Below, piece after piece: positions 42,232 to 46,432 of a DNA stretch of 46,432 bases. This DNA comes from Nemertoderma westbladi. Lineage: Eukaryota; Animalia; Xenacoelomorpha. Every line of letters starts with the position of its first letter. Within the stretch, counting starts at the first letter, position 1. The DNA is taken from NCBI GenBank assembly GCA_032718475.1, contig JAUCBJ010007814.1, forward strand, positions 1 to 46,432. Direction: 5' to 3'. The notes under the pieces are model-generated. The model did no database searches, was not told the DNA's origin, and was given only the letters and a program-made list of their open reading frames with translations. Both the position numbers and the translations under genes were made by a program.

Positions 42232-44832
42232 TTAGGTAACTGATAGAGCGTTTACGATCGCTGGAAGCCAGCAACCGGATAACATGGTACCTGAGTTCCT
42301 ATTGATTGAGTCATCGTTCGGGGACGAGATGATGGTCTCTCTTCGTCCATATGTTCTAATGAACGCAGACTCAACCAATAGTCGTGCTCTGGTATTGGTA
42401 ACGTGGGCCAAGGTCTTGACATCACCAAAACCAGGGTTGCAGTTACCATGGGAACCGAAAGCTGAGTTCTGGGAACTGCGCTGCCATCCCTTGCGGTGTT
42501 GTTCTACCCTGTCACTTAGCTCTTGATCGGTCTCTCCCACATACCTACCCCCACAGGAGCACACAATGGAGTAAACAACACCAGACACTTGTTCGGGTGG
42601 AAGCAAGTGTTTGGTTTTGTTACAGAGAGACCGACCGAGGGTGTTAACGGGCTTAGATACTAAGTTAATGCCAATCTTTTTGGCTTCACGTTTAAGTACA
42701 AAGAAAAGGGGCCCAATGAAGGGTATGGAAACATAATAAAGGACGCCCTTACATGGGGGTGCTGGTAGAGCCCTAGCCTTTATAATCTCGTTTTTGCGCA
42801 CTTGACTGATTGTATCTGAAATTAAATTATGCGGATAGCCGTATAACTTGAATTTACGGAGAATGAAATCTAATTCATTATAAAGTAACGACGTAGAACT
42901 GCAGTAGCGGACAGCGCGCAGAACATCAGCACGAATGGCGGCTACTTTGTATTTCGGTTCGCAAAAAGAATGACATGGCACAACTTGGTTAGTATTACAG
43001 GCCTTCCTAAACACCCTTGTAATAAAGCAATCATTACCCCTTTCAATAAGAATGTCAAGAAAAGCAATGGTTTTATTTACTTCCAACTCTACAGTAACTT
43101 GGATATTGGGGTGTTTCCTGTTTAGGCTGTCAACCCAATTTGAAACACATTCGTGGGAACCGAAGAACGCAGCCAGGTAGTCGTCTGCGAAACGACAGAT
43201 AAACCCAACCCGTCCTCCGACATCGACGGCCCTCAGTTCCAGGTCCTCCTCCCAATGGCCCATGTAATGATCAGAGGCAGGTGGAGAGTAACTTTTGCCC
43301 ATAGCGAACCCGCGTTTTTGTCTATACCAGCGTTCCTCGTCACCAACCGTAACTACAATGTGAGTATTATCAGTAGACAGCCTGAGAAAATCAACGACTT
43401 GTGTTGGCGAAAGTGCTGAGACCCCCGCCAATTCATCGCTGTGAGCTTCAAGTCGCTCTTGGATAACCGGAAGAGCCTCCTCTACCGGTATGGAAGGGAA
43501 CATGGCGGTGACATCTAGGGATAATAAAATGCAGGAACCAGCTAGGTGGTTGTGGTTTCTGAGGATTTCGAGAACCTCGAATGGGCTACTAATAGACATA
43601 CGAGGTTTAGGGAGAATTTGAAGACATTTCGTTAAATGTAGATTCATATTACGGTCAACGCCTCGGTAGCCTGGACAAATAGGTCTCAGTTTAAGATTAT
43701 CAATCCAAAACTTGCGTTCCTCCTCATTACGTGGTGGACAATCGAATTTATGAGTTTTCACAAGGGCGTAGAACGGGGCAGCGCGACCATGGGTTAGGCG
43801 AAGCTTCCGGTACTGTAGATGTCGTTCAGGGTCAACGGATTTTAGCCAATCATCACGTTTCCTGCCAGTTGTAGGGGGTCCTGCGAGCGCCGTTAGTAGT
43901 AAATTCCGGAAGGTTTTAACATACTTGGGAGAGGGATCTACTGGTAGCCTCTCATAAAGATGAGGTTTTAAATCACGGGTGACAGTGTCCTCATAATCCT
44001 TTCTGTCAAGAACCACCAAGGTTCGAGCTTTATCCGCACTAACACAAACCCGGTTGCGATCCTTAGCCAATTTATAGATTGTCGAATTAAATTCCATTTG
44101 GTCTTTGTTAATTGGAGAGGAAAGTTTAGAGAGCTTCGTCATCATCCGAGCAGCAGTATTCTGGAAATGGAGAATGGACTCACTGGTAATGTTTGGGTTA
44201 GCATTCCAGGTGGCCAACTCAACCGCCCGCTGGCATCCGACTGTGAGATCCAGAACAGGGAACTTCTCCTTAGGTGGCAAAGAGAACTTAGGTCCATGGG
44301 CCAAAGCACGTGACTCGGCCAGACTCAAAGGGGTCTCCGACAAGTTAATGACAGTTTGAGTGTCTGATGGTGGGTTCCAATTACCGCGACGTTGAGTAAA
44401 GGTAAGGTTTTGGTCGATGAGTAAACCGTTAAACTTCTTCTCTTTAATAGTTTGACTCCTAGTGAACTCGCGGGAGTAAGAGCGTTGAGCTTGATCTTCC
44501 AACAAATTAATAAGCTCAATGGGTACTCGTTGAGAGATAAAACCGTAAATTGAGGTTCTCCTCGCTCGAATGGTGAACACATCGGAACGGGTTTTATTAC
44601 GTAAGGTACGAACACGCTCTTTAACTGCTCGTTGTAACCATTTCGACTCATCCAGAGATTGTGGAATAATACCAGGAATACGCAAACCTTTAGGAACAAT
44701 GCTCCATTCAAGGCAGTCACGTAGAAAGAAGGAATGGGATTGAACTCGGGCGAGTTTTTTACCCAAACCAACATATTCGTTAACAGCAGATCTAGTAGCC
44801 CGTCCAAAGGCGAGAAATGAATTAAAATTCAT
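42232..44832 (-). CDS. Penelope-type reverse transcriptase + GIY-YIG endonuclease (first ATG at 44832; frame open to 44874)
   Basis: VINLS, ADK, FY...KTHK, LRPI, SLDVTAMFPSIP, Q..G.AMG..SP, RFADD, FLD..I, VFRK; GVVYSIVCSCGGRYVGET...R..QH...E..FI. Confidence 0.96.
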   Translation of the reverse strand: MNFNSFLAFGRATRSAVNEYVGLGKKLARVQSHSFFLRDCLEWSIVPKGLRIPGIIPQSLDESKWLQRAVKERVRTLRNKTRSDVFTIRARRTSIYGFISQRVPIELINLLEDQAQRSYSREFTRSQTIKEKKFNGLLIDQNLTFTQRRGNWNPPSDTQTVINLSETPLSLAESRALAHGPKFSLPPKEKFPVLDLTVGCQRAVELATWNANPNITSESILHFQNTAARMMTKLSKLSSPINKDQMEFNSTIYKLAKDRNRVCVSADKARTLVVLDRKDYEDTVTRDLKPHLYERLPVDPSPKYVKTFRNLLLTALAGPPTTGRKRDDWLKSVDPERHLQYRKLRLTHGRAAPFYALVKTHKFDCPPRNEEERKFWIDNLKLRPICPGYRGVDRNMNLHLTKCLQILPKPRMSISSPFEVLEILRNHNHLAGSCILLSLDVTAMFPSIPVEEALPVIQERLEAHSDELAGVSALSPTQVVDFLRLSTDNTHIVVTVGDEERWYRQKRGFAMGKSYSPPASDHYMGHWEEDLELRAVDVGGRVGFICRFADDYLAAFFGSHECVSNWVDSLNRKHPNIQVTVELEVNKTIAFLDILIERGNDCFITRVFRKACNTNQVVPCHSFCEPKYKVAAIRADVLRAVRYCSSTSLLYNELDFILRKFKLYGYPHNLISDTISQVRKNEIIKARALPAPPCKGVLYYVSIPFIGPLFFVLKREAKKIGINLVSKPVNTLGRSLCNKTKHLLPPEQVSGVVYSIVCSCGGRYVGETDQELSDRVEQHRKGWQRSSQNSAFGSHGNCNPGFGDVKTLAHVTNTRARLLVESAFIRTYGRRETIISSPNDDSINRNSGTMLSGCWLPAIVNALSVT

Positions 44833-44911
44833 GTTGGGGAATGTGGCGAGTAAAAATATTAAACGATAAAACAAAGGAAGGACTGTCAGCCACAGGTATG
44901 AAAAAATAGGT

Positions 44912-44967
44912 AATTAGGCCTAGCAGACGTTTCGGAAGCCAATGGCTATCTTTATCAATGCTTAATT
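44912..44967 (-). ncRNA. Minimal type I hammerhead ribozyme (variant core), 5' pLTR copy, about 80 nt upstream of the ATG
   Basis: Identical to 41017-41072. Confidence 0.8.
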
Positions 44968-44979
44968 TATGTATGCTAC

Positions 44980-46167
44980 AGCGCACATACAACAACTACA
45001 ACTCACATATACAGAATAATAATAAAGTATATACCATAAACAGTAGGCCTACACATATACAAAGCACATACAGTATAATATAAATGAATACACAGTACAC
45101 GACAACTGCAACGCATATATACAGTATAATAATAAGGTATAAACACTAAACATTACACATATACAAAGCACATACAGTATAATATAAACGCATACACCGT
45201 ACACAACAACTACAACGCACATATACAGTAAAATAATAAAGAATAAACACTAAACAGTACACATATACAACGCACATATACAGTAAAATAATAAAGAATA
45301 AACACTAAACAGTACACATATACAACGCACATATACAGTAAAATAATAAAGAATAAACACTAAACAGTACACATATACAACGCACATATACAGTAAAATA
45401 ATAAAGAATAAACACTAAACAGTACACATATACAACGCACATATACAGTAAAATAATAAAGAATAAACACTAAACAGTACACATATACAACGCCCATATA
45501 CAGTAAAATAATAAAGAATAAACACTAAACAGTACACAGTACACATATACAACGCCCATATACAGTAAAATAATAAAGAATAAACACTAAACAGTACACA
45601 TATACAACGCACATATACAGTAAAATAATAAAGAATAAACACTAAACAGTACACATATACAACGCCCATATACAGTAAAAATAATAAAGAATAAACACTA
45701 AACAGTACACATATACAACGCACATATACAGTAAAATAATAAAGAATAAACACTAAACAGTACACATATACGTATACGACGCACATACAGTATAATATAA
45801 ACAGTACACAACACAGTATAATATAAATGAATACACAGTACACGACAACTGCAACGCATAAATACAGTATAATAATAAGGTATAAACACTAAACAGTACA
45901 CATATACAACGCACATATACAGTAAAATAATAAAGAATAAACACTAAACAGTACACATATACAACGCCCATATACAGTAAAATAATAAAGAATAAACACT
46001 AAACAGTACACATATACGTATACGTATACGACGCACATACAGTATAATATAAACAGTACACAACACCTACAACGCACATATACAGTAAAGTAATAAAGAA
46101 TAAACACTAAACAGTACACATATACAGCGTGTATGACATACAGTATAATATAGATGAATAAACAGAG
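44980..46167. repeat. 55/62-bp minisatellite in the Penelope pLTR (copy 2)
   Basis: Same unit as 41085-42225; the array is 47 bp longer. Confidence 0.93.
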
Positions 46168-46432
46168 GCACAATTAGGTAACTGATAGAGCGTTTACGAT
46201 CGCTGGAAGCCAGCAACCGGATAACATGGTACCTGAGTTCCTATTGATTGAGTCATCGTTCGGGGACGAGATGATGGTCTCTCTTCGTCCATATGTTCTA
46301 ATGAACGCAGACTCAACCAATAGTCGTGCTCTGGTATTGGTAACGTGGGCCAAGGTCTTGACATCACCAAAACCAGGGTTGCAGTTACCATGGGAACCGA
46401 AAGCTGAGTTCTGGGAACTGCGCTGCCATCCC

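Larger units (their letters stand above)
40927..46432 (-). mobile_element. Penelope-like element in (partial) tandem: pLTR - ORF - pLTR - 3' end of a second ORF copy
   Basis: 40927 onward is repeated from 44822; 46174-46432 duplicates the ORF 3' end at 42232-42490; RT + GIY-YIG ORF. Confidence 0.96.

Noticed and set aside
41355-46173. Cys/Tyr/Val-rich membrane-like ORFs
   Set aside because: These are translations of the 55-bp pLTR minisatellite in rotating frames.

Overview
Eukaryotic, most likely invertebrate, genomic DNA dominated by transposable elements; no CRISPR, rRNA or tRNA was found. From left to right: a decayed RTE LINE; a 37-bp satellite interrupted by a CACTA/EnSpm-like MITE; a complete 12.4-kb BEL/Pao LTR retrotransposon (547-bp LTRs differing at 2 positions, AGGTA TSD); and a three-layer nest, an L2/Crack LINE holding a hAT MITE and an RTE-X fragment. 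Next come an intronless PARN-family gene with a C-terminal membrane anchor (PNLDC1/Trimmer-like), a piggyBac MITE, 25-bp and 46-bp satellites, and an intact two-ORF RTE-X-like LINE. The right end holds a FAM124-like exon, a second RTE copy, a multi-exon gene of unknown function, and a tandem Penelope-like element with a variant hammerhead ribozyme in each pseudo-LTR. The most striking observation is in the BEL element: it has no tRNA primer-binding site, and the bases directly after the 5' LTR fold back onto the LTR through two perfect 9-bp helices. This suggests tRNA-independent self-priming. All family assignments come from motif recognition by eye, not from database searches.
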